Virus record (IMG/VR): IMGVR_UViG_3300025137_004926
DNA from: a virus
DNA: 64,000 nucleotides
Strand: one strand, 5' to 3'
The notes under the pieces were generated by a model. The model did not search any database. It saw nothing but the letters and a program-made list of their open reading frames with translations, and was not told the DNA's origin. Made by a program: the position numbers and the translations under genes. Shown here piece by piece: positions 18,954 to 28,054 of this stretch. The stretch's first letter is position 1. The number at the start of each line of letters is the position of its first letter.

Positions 18954-20633
18954 ATGAGATTAGATGAAGTAGAACAACCGATAACTAATGCTCAGTTAAA
19001 TGCTTTAGAGAATGCACTAGATAAACTATTTGCTAGTCTTAAAATTGATGTAGAATTCACTAGGCATTTTATTGATAGAGCAAACGATGACCGTAATGGT
19101 AACCCAATCACGATGGCAGAGTTGGTAAAGATGTTTAAAAAAGAATATCAACGTTGGGGTAAACCTATTGCACAAATGGGACCTGATGCTGAGGCAGTAA
19201 TGAAAGACTTAGAAAGCGATATTAATATTCCTTTTGTATTGAAGTGGGACAGAGACAACGAAGAATTAGACTTAGTTGCTAAAACTGTTATGCGTAAAAA
19301 GAATTTCAAAACATCTAATAAAGAATTCCCGGTTGAAAGTGTTGTAGGTTCAGAACGTGATGAAGTTAAAGCAATACTAGATAAACATAATATCACAAGT
19401 TTAGATAATATTGAATATGGTACAGATGCATATGAAGAATTGTTTGTTTACTATATGGATTCAGGCGAAATGCCGTATGGTACACAAAAAGCAAGAGACG
19501 GTGATCCAGAAGAATGGATTGTTGATAGAATTTCTGATTTAGATTTACTAGTTGAGTCTAAGACATATAATACTATGTCAAATGTTGGTAAAGCAAAGTA
19601 TGTTGTAAACTTTCATGATGGAGAGAAAACACATAAAGATGGTTCTCGTTTCTATGACATGAGTACTTTTAAGAATGCAAAAGATTTAGAGAGTTTTGAG
19701 AAACAATTAAAATCAAAAGGGTATATAAAAGAAAGTGGCATACTATACAAAGCTGGTGTTAAAAAATACGGCAAAGCAGGCATGAAAGCAATACAAAGTG
19801 CCGCTGGTACAGGTGCTAGTGCAGAAGAAATTGGTGCAATCAAAGATAAGCACAATAAGAAAAAAGTAAAAGAAGACGAAACACCTAACCCAATGAGAAG
19901 AATTTCTGATGAAGAAAAACTTGCAATGTTTAATGACTTAAAAGCGGGTGACACTGTTTATCTATGGTACGATTCATCATTCAAACGTGGTGAGAAATAC
20001 AAACCATTTAAAATGGGCAGACGTACTAAATCAGAGAAGTATAATCTTTCAAAATTTTCAATGCAACAAATTAGTGCAGAAGGTATTCCAGCTGGTGTTA
20101 AATTTTTCTTATACAATAGAGAAGGCAAAGTATCACTAGCAATGGGAGATATGGCGGCAACTTTAGTTGATATGCAGACAGACTTAGGTGAATACAAAAT
20201 CAGTAGCAAGAAACCTCTATCTAGTTTAGGTGGGTATGGTGATAAAAAACTTGCTAAGAAACAACCATCAGTAGGTGACGGATTATCAGAAGATGATGAT
20301 TTTTACGTAATCGTAGAATATGAAAAAGGTAAGCCTGTTAAACAATCTGATCCTTTAAGAGTATTAGATAACTTAGCCTCACGTAATGACAATATGCCTT
20401 TCCCGATTAAGTTTAAGAATGGTGGAGATATTAAAGTTACACCTGAACTTGCAAAAAGATTCACAATGGCATATCATGATATAGCAAGACCAGAACAAAA
20501 AGAAATGATTAAACAATATCTAAGAACCAAAGAAGGCTTCATGAAAATTGTACAACAAATGCAATTAAAAAAGCCTAACTTCGGCAAAAATGTAGGCGCA
20601 AATATGGCCAGCTTAGATAGAAATGTCAAATAA
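18954..20633 (+). CDS. multi-module hypothetical protein, putative internal head polyprotein
   Basis: MRLDEVE start; modules separated by PVES, LVES, IKES, VKED, LGEY, LSED. Confidence 0.7.
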   Translation: MRLDEVEQPITNAQLNALENALDKLFASLKIDVEFTRHFIDRANDDRNGNPITMAELVKMFKKEYQRWGKPIAQMGPDAEAVMKDLESDINIPFVLKWDRDNEELDLVAKTVMRKKNFKTSNKEFPVESVVGSERDEVKAILDKHNITSLDNIEYGTDAYEELFVYYMDSGEMPYGTQKARDGDPEEWIVDRISDLDLLVESKTYNTMSNVGKAKYVVNFHDGEKTHKDGSRFYDMSTFKNAKDLESFEKQLKSKGYIKESGILYKAGVKKYGKAGMKAIQSAAGTGASAEEIGAIKDKHNKKKVKEDETPNPMRRISDEEKLAMFNDLKAGDTVYLWYDSSFKRGEKYKPFKMGRRTKSEKYNLSKFSMQQISAEGIPAGVKFFLYNREGKVSLAMGDMAATLVDMQTDLGEYKISSKKPLSSLGGYGDKKLAKKQPSVGDGLSEDDDFYVIVEYEKGKPVKQSDPLRVLDNLASRNDNMPFPIKFKNGGDIKVTPELAKRFTMAYHDIARPEQKEMIKQYLRTKEGFMKIVQQMQLKKPNFGKNVGANMASLDRNVK

Positions 20634-20648
20634 TTAGGATTGTTTTAA

Positions 20649-23600
20649 ATGAAATTGAGCGAATTTAAGATAGAGAAGCCAAAGCCAGAAGATACTATGG
20701 GTATTACTAGAGACAAAATGCCTCAAGTGAAATCTACAGACTATGACGCATACAAATCGTATCTTAAAAAGAATGGAGTATCGCTAACTCCACAGGTTGT
20801 AAGTGCAAAAGAACTAAAACCAATACAAAAAGAATTTTCAGACCAAGGTGTTGAACGACAACTAATCAAGAATAAAGAATTTGATGGAAATAATCCAAAG
20901 CCTCTATTAGCAAGTAGTGATAGTTGGATTATAGATGGCCATCATAGATGGTTGGCCGCATTGAACACAGGCAAAGACGTTAGTATTTTACGTGCAAACA
21001 TTGACGTTCATGAACTTTTATCCTTGACATTAAAATTTCCTAGTGTATACTTCAAAGATATATACACAGAAGAGGAAGAATCAATGGAAGTGATTCGAAA
21101 AGCAGAACAGTTTGCTCAAGAGGCCCATAAAGACCACAAGAGAAAATACACTGGACAACCATACTATGTGCATTTGGATGAAGTCAGGAATATTGTTAAG
21201 CAGGCCGGTGGGTCTGTCAATCAACAGTGTGCCGCTTTATTGCATGACACAGTAGAAGATACTTCTGTAACCTCTACTGATGTTACACGTGAGTTTGGTC
21301 CTGCTATTGCTAAACTAGTAATTGAACTTACTGATGTAAGTAAACCAGAAGACGGTAATAGAAAAGTACGCAAAGGTATCGATAGAGATAAACTATCAGG
21401 TGTTAGTGCAGATGCACAGACAGTTAAGTATGCAGACTTGATTAGCAATGGTAGAGATATCGGCAAGAACGATCCTAAGTTTGCTAAAGTATACCATGCA
21501 GAAAAGGCTGACTTGCTAAGAGTTATGACAAAGGGTAATCAGAATTTAAGAAAAGAAGCTATCTCTATGCTACCAGATGAATTAAAATCAGTAGTAGGTG
21601 AGGCGTTTGGTAGAGCAAACTTTAATAAGCAATTAAAAAGAAAAGGCCTCGATGTAGATAAGATGCATTCAGATAATGTTAAAGATGCTGAGGCATCTAA
21701 GAAAAGAAGTAAGGATGCAGAAGATGATTTAAAAGCATTCAGAAAAAAGCATGGGATAAAAGAAGAAACACCTTTTGGTTTAATTGCTCGTAAGGCAAAT
21801 CATTTAGTTCATAAAAAAGCATATGTTAAAATTGCAGATATGATGCATGATATACTTACAAGAAAATACAAAGAAACTAATGGTAAACTTAGACATTCAC
21901 TTGCCTATTATGCACAAATGTTAGCAATGCAGACAAACAACAAAATAAACTATCGTGAACTTGAGCAAGAATATCTCAATTCGTATGGTAATGCAATGTT
22001 TGAAAGTGAATTAGATGTATCATTATCAGCATTAAGGGAAGAAGCATTAAACGTAAAGCCTATCATTACACAAGCTATTCGTAAACTAGATAAAGTATTC
22101 AAAAAGAATGGTCATGAAGTTAGAATAGTAGGTGGGGCTGTACGAGATATTGCATTAGGTAAAGATCCAAAAGATATTGACTTCGCCACAGATGCTACTC
22201 CTGACGAAATGATTGCTATGCTTGATAAAGCAGGCATCAGACACATTCCTACAGGTATAGAACATGGTACAATAACCGCAGTTGTAGATGGAGAAGATTT
22301 TGAAATCACAACACTGAGAGCGGACTCAAATACAGACGGCAGACATGCTGATGTAGAGTTTGTGCGTTCATGGGAAGAAGATGCTAAACGTAGAGACTTA
22401 ACATACAATGCAATGTCAATGGATATTGACGGTACTGTACATGATTATAATGGTGGTATGGACGACTTACAAGATAAGGTAAGTAGGTTCGTAGGAGATG
22501 CAGAAGAAAGAATTAAAGAAGATTATTTGCGTATCTTAAGATACTTTAGATTTCAATCTAAGTTAGATAGTCCAAAGTGGGATGATGATACGTTAAAAGC
22601 AATTAAAGATAATGCAGACGGCATGTCAGGGTTATCTGTTGAAAGAATTTGGCAAGAAATAGGTAAATTGTTAATGGGGTCAAGTGCCAAAGAAGCACTT
22701 GAGTGGATGAACAAGACAGGCGTATCAAGTAAGATTGGACTTGAAGGTATCAATCCAGCTAAACTAGGTGAGCCTACAGGACCTATTATTGCACTTGCAA
22801 GAATGCTAGACAGTAGTGGTATTGCAAGAGATTGGAAGATGAGCAATTACGATAGAGAAATGTTTGACTTCTTAATCAAGCACAAAGGTGAAAACATAAA
22901 TTCAAAACAAGCACAAGATATGATTATCAAAGGTGCATCACAAGACCATTTACTTGCATGGGCAAACATGCATAGCAAGAAGGATGTATATAATACAGTC
23001 CAAGGATTTGAACAGCCAGACTTTCCAATTAATGGTAAAGACTTACTAGCAAGAGGTTATGTTGCTGGTCCTAATCTTGGTAAAATGATTGCTGATTTAA
23101 AAGATACATGGATGAAATCTAACTATAAACTAAGCAAGGAAGAATTACTAAGTAAAGTTCCAGTTAGAGAAAATACATTATTTGAAGCAGTTGCTAGATT
23201 TATGACAGGACATGGTATTACTTACAAGGGTAAGAAGTATGATACAATGGATGTAGAAGTAGTAGCAGTTGATAATGAAAAGAGACAATATCAAGTAATG
23301 ATATTTGAACCAAAAGAACTACTTGGTACAAATGTAATGATGAGTGCAAAATTTATGCACAGAGGTCCTTGGGTTAAAACTAAGATACCTGATTACATGG
23401 GAGCAATAGAAAAAGGTTTAGATAAAGAAAAGACAGATGAATGGATAGTTCCAGCCGCTCAAGCAGTAGCACATGGTGCCAGAATGGCGGGCCCACATGT
23501 AGCGAAGTTTCTGAGAAATGATCCTGCACCTAAGATAGCAGGCGCTCTTGCGACAACAGGAGGCGTTGCAAATTGGGCAAAAAGCAAGTATAATAGTTGG

Positions 23601-24323
23601 ATGAATAAGAAAAATAAGAAACCAACAACTATAGATGAAGACTTTAATAATCTATTTGAAGATAATACTCCTGATGTCTATGTAGATATGGACGGCGTGT
23701 TAGTTGATTTCTTTAATGAATGGGCTAGACTAGTAAACGTAAAATCATACAGAGATATACCAAAAAAAGATATAGGTAAAGCACTTAAGAAGATTGTTAA
23801 TACTCCAAACTTCTGGGAAGACTTGCCAGCATTAGCAGGCTATAAAGACTTGCTACAAACTATTAAAGCCACTAAAGGCAATTATAAAATATTAAGTTCC
23901 CCTCTAGCAAATGATCCTAATGTAGATCCTGGCAAAAGAGAGTGGGTGAGAAAAAATTTAAACTTCTTTAAACCAGAGCAAGTTATCATTGACCACAATA
24001 AATCAAAGTATGCAAAGAAACAAGACGGTACTCCGAACTTGTTAATTGATGATTTTGGTAAGAATGTCAATGCATGGCAATCAGCTGGTGGTATCGCAAT
24101 TAAGCATCATACATCAACTACTGCAAATACAGTACAAGCAATTAAAAAAGTATTCAGTAGAAAAGATGTAAAAGAAGCGGCGGGCGTAGGTAGAGTTATA
24201 CCTGGCATAAATACCACAGTTGACGTAGGACCCAACGAAATTACTAAACAAGCTAAAAAGTTTGGTAATGATGTAGACAAAGATGGGAAACCTAAAAAGC
24301 TACTGCGTACAAAGAAAAAATGA
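20649..24323 (+). CDS. 1224-aa multidomain protein: ParB-like + HD (Mesh1/SAH-like) + CCA-adding/poly(A) polymerase + HAD nucleotidase
   Basis: IIDGHHRW; AH..KRKYTGQPYYVH..ALLHDTVED..VKYAD; VGGAVRD, DIDFAT, RRDLTYNAM, EDYLRILRYFRF; YVDMDGVLVDF..LIDD. Confidence 0.9.
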   Translation: MKLSEFKIEKPKPEDTMGITRDKMPQVKSTDYDAYKSYLKKNGVSLTPQVVSAKELKPIQKEFSDQGVERQLIKNKEFDGNNPKPLLASSDSWIIDGHHRWLAALNTGKDVSILRANIDVHELLSLTLKFPSVYFKDIYTEEEESMEVIRKAEQFAQEAHKDHKRKYTGQPYYVHLDEVRNIVKQAGGSVNQQCAALLHDTVEDTSVTSTDVTREFGPAIAKLVIELTDVSKPEDGNRKVRKGIDRDKLSGVSADAQTVKYADLISNGRDIGKNDPKFAKVYHAEKADLLRVMTKGNQNLRKEAISMLPDELKSVVGEAFGRANFNKQLKRKGLDVDKMHSDNVKDAEASKKRSKDAEDDLKAFRKKHGIKEETPFGLIARKANHLVHKKAYVKIADMMHDILTRKYKETNGKLRHSLAYYAQMLAMQTNNKINYRELEQEYLNSYGNAMFESELDVSLSALREEALNVKPIITQAIRKLDKVFKKNGHEVRIVGGAVRDIALGKDPKDIDFATDATPDEMIAMLDKAGIRHIPTGIEHGTITAVVDGEDFEITTLRADSNTDGRHADVEFVRSWEEDAKRRDLTYNAMSMDIDGTVHDYNGGMDDLQDKVSRFVGDAEERIKEDYLRILRYFRFQSKLDSPKWDDDTLKAIKDNADGMSGLSVERIWQEIGKLLMGSSAKEALEWMNKTGVSSKIGLEGINPAKLGEPTGPIIALARMLDSSGIARDWKMSNYDREMFDFLIKHKGENINSKQAQDMIIKGASQDHLLAWANMHSKKDVYNTVQGFEQPDFPINGKDLLARGYVAGPNLGKMIADLKDTWMKSNYKLSKEELLSKVPVRENTLFEAVARFMTGHGITYKGKKYDTMDVEVVAVDNEKRQYQVMIFEPKELLGTNVMMSAKFMHRGPWVKTKIPDYMGAIEKGLDKEKTDEWIVPAAQAVAHGARMAGPHVAKFLRNDPAPKIAGALATTGGVANWAKSKYNSWMNKKNKKPTTIDEDFNNLFEDNTPDVYVDMDGVLVDFFNEWARLVNVKSYRDIPKKDIGKALKKIVNTPNFWEDLPALAGYKDLLQTIKATKGNYKILSSPLANDPNVDPGKREWVRKNLNFFKPEQVIIDHNKSKYAKKQDGTPNLLIDDFGKNVNAWQSAGGIAIKHHTSTTANTVQAIKKVFSRKDVKEAAGVGRVIPGINTTVDVGPNEITKQAKKFGNDVDKDGKPKKLLRTKKK

Positions 24324-25645
24324 ATGAACTAAATCCAAATCTTCATAATTTAAAAAATACAATGTGTTTCAAAAACTGGAACGACATTATTATATCCTTA
24401 CCTCAAAGAACAGTAAAGTGGTGTTGTAAAACACAACATACACCTGAGCAAATGAAAGAACTGACATTTGATATAGATACACTTACCGAAGATTTTTTAT
24501 TTAATCATCCTATACTACAAAAACGAAAGTATGAATTAAGTGGAGGCACTCGTAGTGCAGATTGTTCGGGTTGTTGGAGAACAGAAGATGCAGGCGGTGA
24601 GAGTGTCAGAACATCATATAATAGTAATTACGATTATCCATGGAGAATGCGTTTACAAAAAGCAGGTAATCATCCAAACATGGCTAAACAATTTCATAGA
24701 GATATGATGGAACGTGATAACTTCAAGTTTATTGAAATAGAATTAACAAATAAGTGCAACATGGCATGTGTGTATTGTTGGGCTGGTTCTAGTACTCGTT
24801 GGCAAAAAGAAGTAGGACAGCGTTTTCCAGATACAGATGATATGATGTTTGATAAAACACTGCATATTTTAAATGATTATTGGGATAAGAAATTAGTAGG
24901 GCAAGGACATGTTAACTTTAGTTTACTAGGCGGTGAGCCGTTCTTTACTGACCATATGTTTAAGTTTATTGAAGATTTTATGATAAACATTAATGATACT
25001 CACACTGAAGGTCAAATAGTAGTAATTACTGTTACAACAAATTTAAACTTCCCTAAAAAGAAATTCGATAAATTTATTGAACTAGTACATAGAACACCAA
25101 ATATACGTTATGAAATGCAACTATCAGGCGAAGCATTAGATAAGCAGAGTGAATTAATTAGGTGGGGATTAGATTTTAATAAATGGGATGAAAACTTAGA
25201 TTTATTTTTTGAGAAGTCAAAGGAAATCGATAACTTAATTATTGGGTTTGGTTGCGCCCATAATAGTTTAAGTCTTCCTTACTTCAAAGATTTTTTAGTG
25301 TATCTTAATGATAAAATAAATAAGTATGAATATGATAAGACAATATTAATGCATCAGAATTGGGTAGATAATCCAGTGCATTTAGCAGTAGATTCGTTAG
25401 AGCCACATCATGCAGATGCAATAGAAGAACAAATAGAATATTTTCAGAATATGTCTGGTAATTTCTATAAAAAACAAAGATATATTAGATTAATGAAGAC
25501 AATGAAATCACTAGTAGAAAGCGAAGTACCAGTAGAAACTAAGCTAATAGCACAAAAACAGTTTAAAATACTAGAAGATAGGCGCAAAATCTCATATTCA
25601 GAGTGCTTCCCTCACTTCAATGAACTAATAAATTCAATTAATTAA
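24320..25645 (+). CDS. radical SAM protein with an N-terminal Cys-rich (SPASM/twitch-like) region
   Basis: CNMACVYC, GGEP, TTN; N-terminal C..WCC..CSGCW. Confidence 0.85.
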   Translation: MNELNPNLHNLKNTMCFKNWNDIIISLPQRTVKWCCKTQHTPEQMKELTFDIDTLTEDFLFNHPILQKRKYELSGGTRSADCSGCWRTEDAGGESVRTSYNSNYDYPWRMRLQKAGNHPNMAKQFHRDMMERDNFKFIEIELTNKCNMACVYCWAGSSTRWQKEVGQRFPDTDDMMFDKTLHILNDYWDKKLVGQGHVNFSLLGGEPFFTDHMFKFIEDFMININDTHTEGQIVVITVTTNLNFPKKKFDKFIELVHRTPNIRYEMQLSGEALDKQSELIRWGLDFNKWDENLDLFFEKSKEIDNLIIGFGCAHNSLSLPYFKDFLVYLNDKINKYEYDKTILMHQNWVDNPVHLAVDSLEPHHADAIEEQIEYFQNMSGNFYKKQRYIRLMKTMKSLVESEVPVETKLIAQKQFKILEDRRKISYSECFPHFNELINSIN

Positions 25646-25665
25646 TTAATTTGATAAATAGTAAT

Positions 25666-25896
25666 ATGAAACTAACAGAATTATTAGGTGAAAATTTTAG
25701 TGGAGCGTTTGCAGGTGTGGCTATGCCAATGACACCTGGCACGAAAGCTAAAGATGCCAAAAAAGCAGTAGACCCGTTTGGGTATTTGACACCTGGTAAG
25801 AAACAAAAGAACTATAAGATGGGTTTTTCTGCCGATGTAGGTAACTTAGTTTATAATAAGCCTGTCAAGAGTCCAATGATTAAGAGAGCAAAATAA
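25666..25896 (+). CDS. small protein with MKLTELLGE N-terminus (putative head-packaged)
   Basis: ATG at 25666 just after ATAAATA (25654-25660). Confidence 0.65.
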   Translation: MKLTELLGENFSGAFAGVAMPMTPGTKAKDAKKAVDPFGYLTPGKKQKNYKMGFSADVGNLVYNKPVKSPMIKRAK

Positions 25897-27710
25897 TGAA
25901 ACTTACACAATTAACAGAGAGTTTTGTAATCAATAACGATGAGTTTGAAGATTACTTAAACCGTGGTACGGAACAACTCAAAACAGAATTAGAAGGTGGA
26001 AAGAATGCCCGTGATGCGGTTCATGATTTAGCCTTAACATTTTCACAACAACATAATAAATCATATGAGGCATATGAACGTATGTCAGACAGTCTAGCGG
26101 CTCGTATGCATACACTAGAATTAGGTAATGAACAAGCTCCAGCTATGGATATGCCTGGTGAGATCCCATCGATGGATCCAGAAGCACCAAGCGACATGGA
26201 CATTGCACCTGATATGGCTCCCGAAGAACCAGAAGATGGTGAAATGAGCGGTATGGATATGAATGTACCAGACGCAGAAGAAATGCCAGGTGAACAAGAC
26301 ATGGCAGATTATGATGCAGTGATGGCGAATAAGCCAGATGCTGATGCCGAAGAAGATACAACAGAAGAAAGTATCGAAGAATCTTCAACTGCTCTTTTAA
26401 ATAAAGAAGATTATATGGCAAAGCGTAAAGCACTAGCAGATATTCAGATGGACCCTGACACAGCAAATAACGAAGACCTCAAAAGAGAAGTAATGCGTAG
26501 AAAAGCAGAACTTGAAGACCAAGCACAAAAAATGGGTATCAAAGAAGGTACTATGATTGGTGGACTAATGAAATATGATGGTCAACCAGAAGAAGAATAT
26601 TCAGAGGCTGTTGCAAAATACAATGAATTTATGGCTACACCTCGTCCAGCAGGCGAAGATACAAGTGACATGGTTATGTCTTTTGTATTTGACGATGAAC
26701 TATTAGATGATATGTATGTTGCACAAGAAGAAGGCAACAAAGATGTTAGACCTATGGTTGCTAAGAGAATGGCAGAACTTGGTCATGCAAATGAATCAGT
26801 ATCAGAAGCAGATGAAAAACCATACATTTGTGTACATGCTCAAAAAGGCAAACATGAATGTCATGCGTCTACTTCATATGGAGCGGCTAAAAAAGCGGCT
26901 GAACATTGGGGTATGAAATCAACTGCTGGTATCGATGCACATTTGGCAGTAGATGAAAGCGAAGCAGTTGTTGAAGCAAACGCAATGGATACTATAAAGA
27001 AAATTGTAGCAGACAAACAAAATATGCCTGTTAAATTTGATGATGGGTCTATGAAAGTTGACTTATTCACTGCTAGTGCAGTTTCACAAGTTTATGATAA
27101 AGTAAATGACGCAAACAGAGAAAAAATTGACAATATGCTTAAAACAAAAGCTGGTATGTTAAAGATTGCAGACTTCGCCATGGGTTCTATGAAAGAAGGC
27201 AAACTAGATACTGCTATGAACATAGCAAAGAAAGTAGGAAAAGTAGCTGGTGCAGTCAAAACAGGTGCAGAGAAAGTTGGTAAAGGTGTTAAAGTTGCAA
27301 AAGCAGTAGGTAATAGCACAGTCGGAAAAGCAGTAGGCGGCACACTTGGTAACTTAGCCAAAGCAGTTGGTGTTGGTATGCAGAATAAAGCATCAGATTT
27401 AACTGGTGGGCAAATTAAGAAATCTAAAGTAAAAGTATTCAATGCAGATGATGTAGCAGACAGAATTGTTAATAATTCGGCTAGAATTGCAATGTCAGAG
27501 TACAACGAATTCTACAAAGAACTAGACAAAGCGGCCAAACAAGGCAAAAAAGCTGGTGACAGTATTTCAGTTGGTGGCAAGAACATCAAATTAAAATCTA
27601 ATCCAAAGAAAATGTCAGACCTAACTGACTCAGATTTTACAAAGATTGACATAGTAGCACAGAAGCTAATGGACGCTTGTGGCGGATCAATGAAAAAATA
27701 CAAAAAATAA
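25896..27710 (+). CDS. acidic multi-module protein, putative prohead core/internal polyprotein
   Basis: MKLTQLTE start; Met/Pro/Asp-rich linker; IEES, IKEG, VSEA, VVEA, MKEG, MSEY sites. Confidence 0.7.
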   Translation: MKLTQLTESFVINNDEFEDYLNRGTEQLKTELEGGKNARDAVHDLALTFSQQHNKSYEAYERMSDSLAARMHTLELGNEQAPAMDMPGEIPSMDPEAPSDMDIAPDMAPEEPEDGEMSGMDMNVPDAEEMPGEQDMADYDAVMANKPDADAEEDTTEESIEESSTALLNKEDYMAKRKALADIQMDPDTANNEDLKREVMRRKAELEDQAQKMGIKEGTMIGGLMKYDGQPEEEYSEAVAKYNEFMATPRPAGEDTSDMVMSFVFDDELLDDMYVAQEEGNKDVRPMVAKRMAELGHANESVSEADEKPYICVHAQKGKHECHASTSYGAAKKAAEHWGMKSTAGIDAHLAVDESEAVVEANAMDTIKKIVADKQNMPVKFDDGSMKVDLFTASAVSQVYDKVNDANREKIDNMLKTKAGMLKIADFAMGSMKEGKLDTAMNIAKKVGKVAGAVKTGAEKVGKGVKVAKAVGNSTVGKAVGGTLGNLAKAVGVGMQNKASDLTGGQIKKSKVKVFNADDVADRIVNNSARIAMSEYNEFYKELDKAAKQGKKAGDSISVGGKNIKLKSNPKKMSDLTDSDFTKIDIVAQKLMDACGGSMKKYKK

Positions 27711-27713
27711 GTA

Positions 27714-27776
27714 TTGACTTAGAAAATTACTTATGTTATTATAAAGAGTGTCCTAGAAATAGGGCGCTCTTTTTTA
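27714..27776 (+). promoter_or_regulatory. sigma70 promoter overlapping a terminator hairpin
   Basis: TTGACT-17 bp-TATTAT (27714-27742), then AAGAGTGTCCTA-GAAA-TAGGGCGCTCTT plus T-run. Confidence 0.65.
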
Positions 27777-27793
27777 ACCTAAGGAGGAACTAT

Positions 27794-28054
27794 ATGTCAA
27801 TCGATACATTAAGTACAGAAGACAAAGCTAAATTAAAGCAATTAGTAGACGAGGGATGCTCAGTACTACAGGAAGTTGACGACCTAAAAGGTGGTCTACG
27901 TGATACAGTTAAAGCAATCGCAGATGAATTTGATATCAAACCAGGTGTTTTAAACAAAGCGATTAGCCTAGCACATAAGGCAAAATTAACAGAAGCAAAA
28001 CAAGATTTTGCTGATGTTGAAGAAGTGTTAGAGACTGTAGGACGTACCCTATAA
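27794..28054 (+). CDS. T4 DsbA/GapR-like dsDNA-binding protein
   Basis: AAGGAGG SD; AKLKQLVDEG..EVDDLKGGLRDTVKAIADEFDIKPGVLNKAI helical pattern. Confidence 0.55.
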   Translation: MSIDTLSTEDKAKLKQLVDEGCSVLQEVDDLKGGLRDTVKAIADEFDIKPGVLNKAISLAHKAKLTEAKQDFADVEEVLETVGRTL

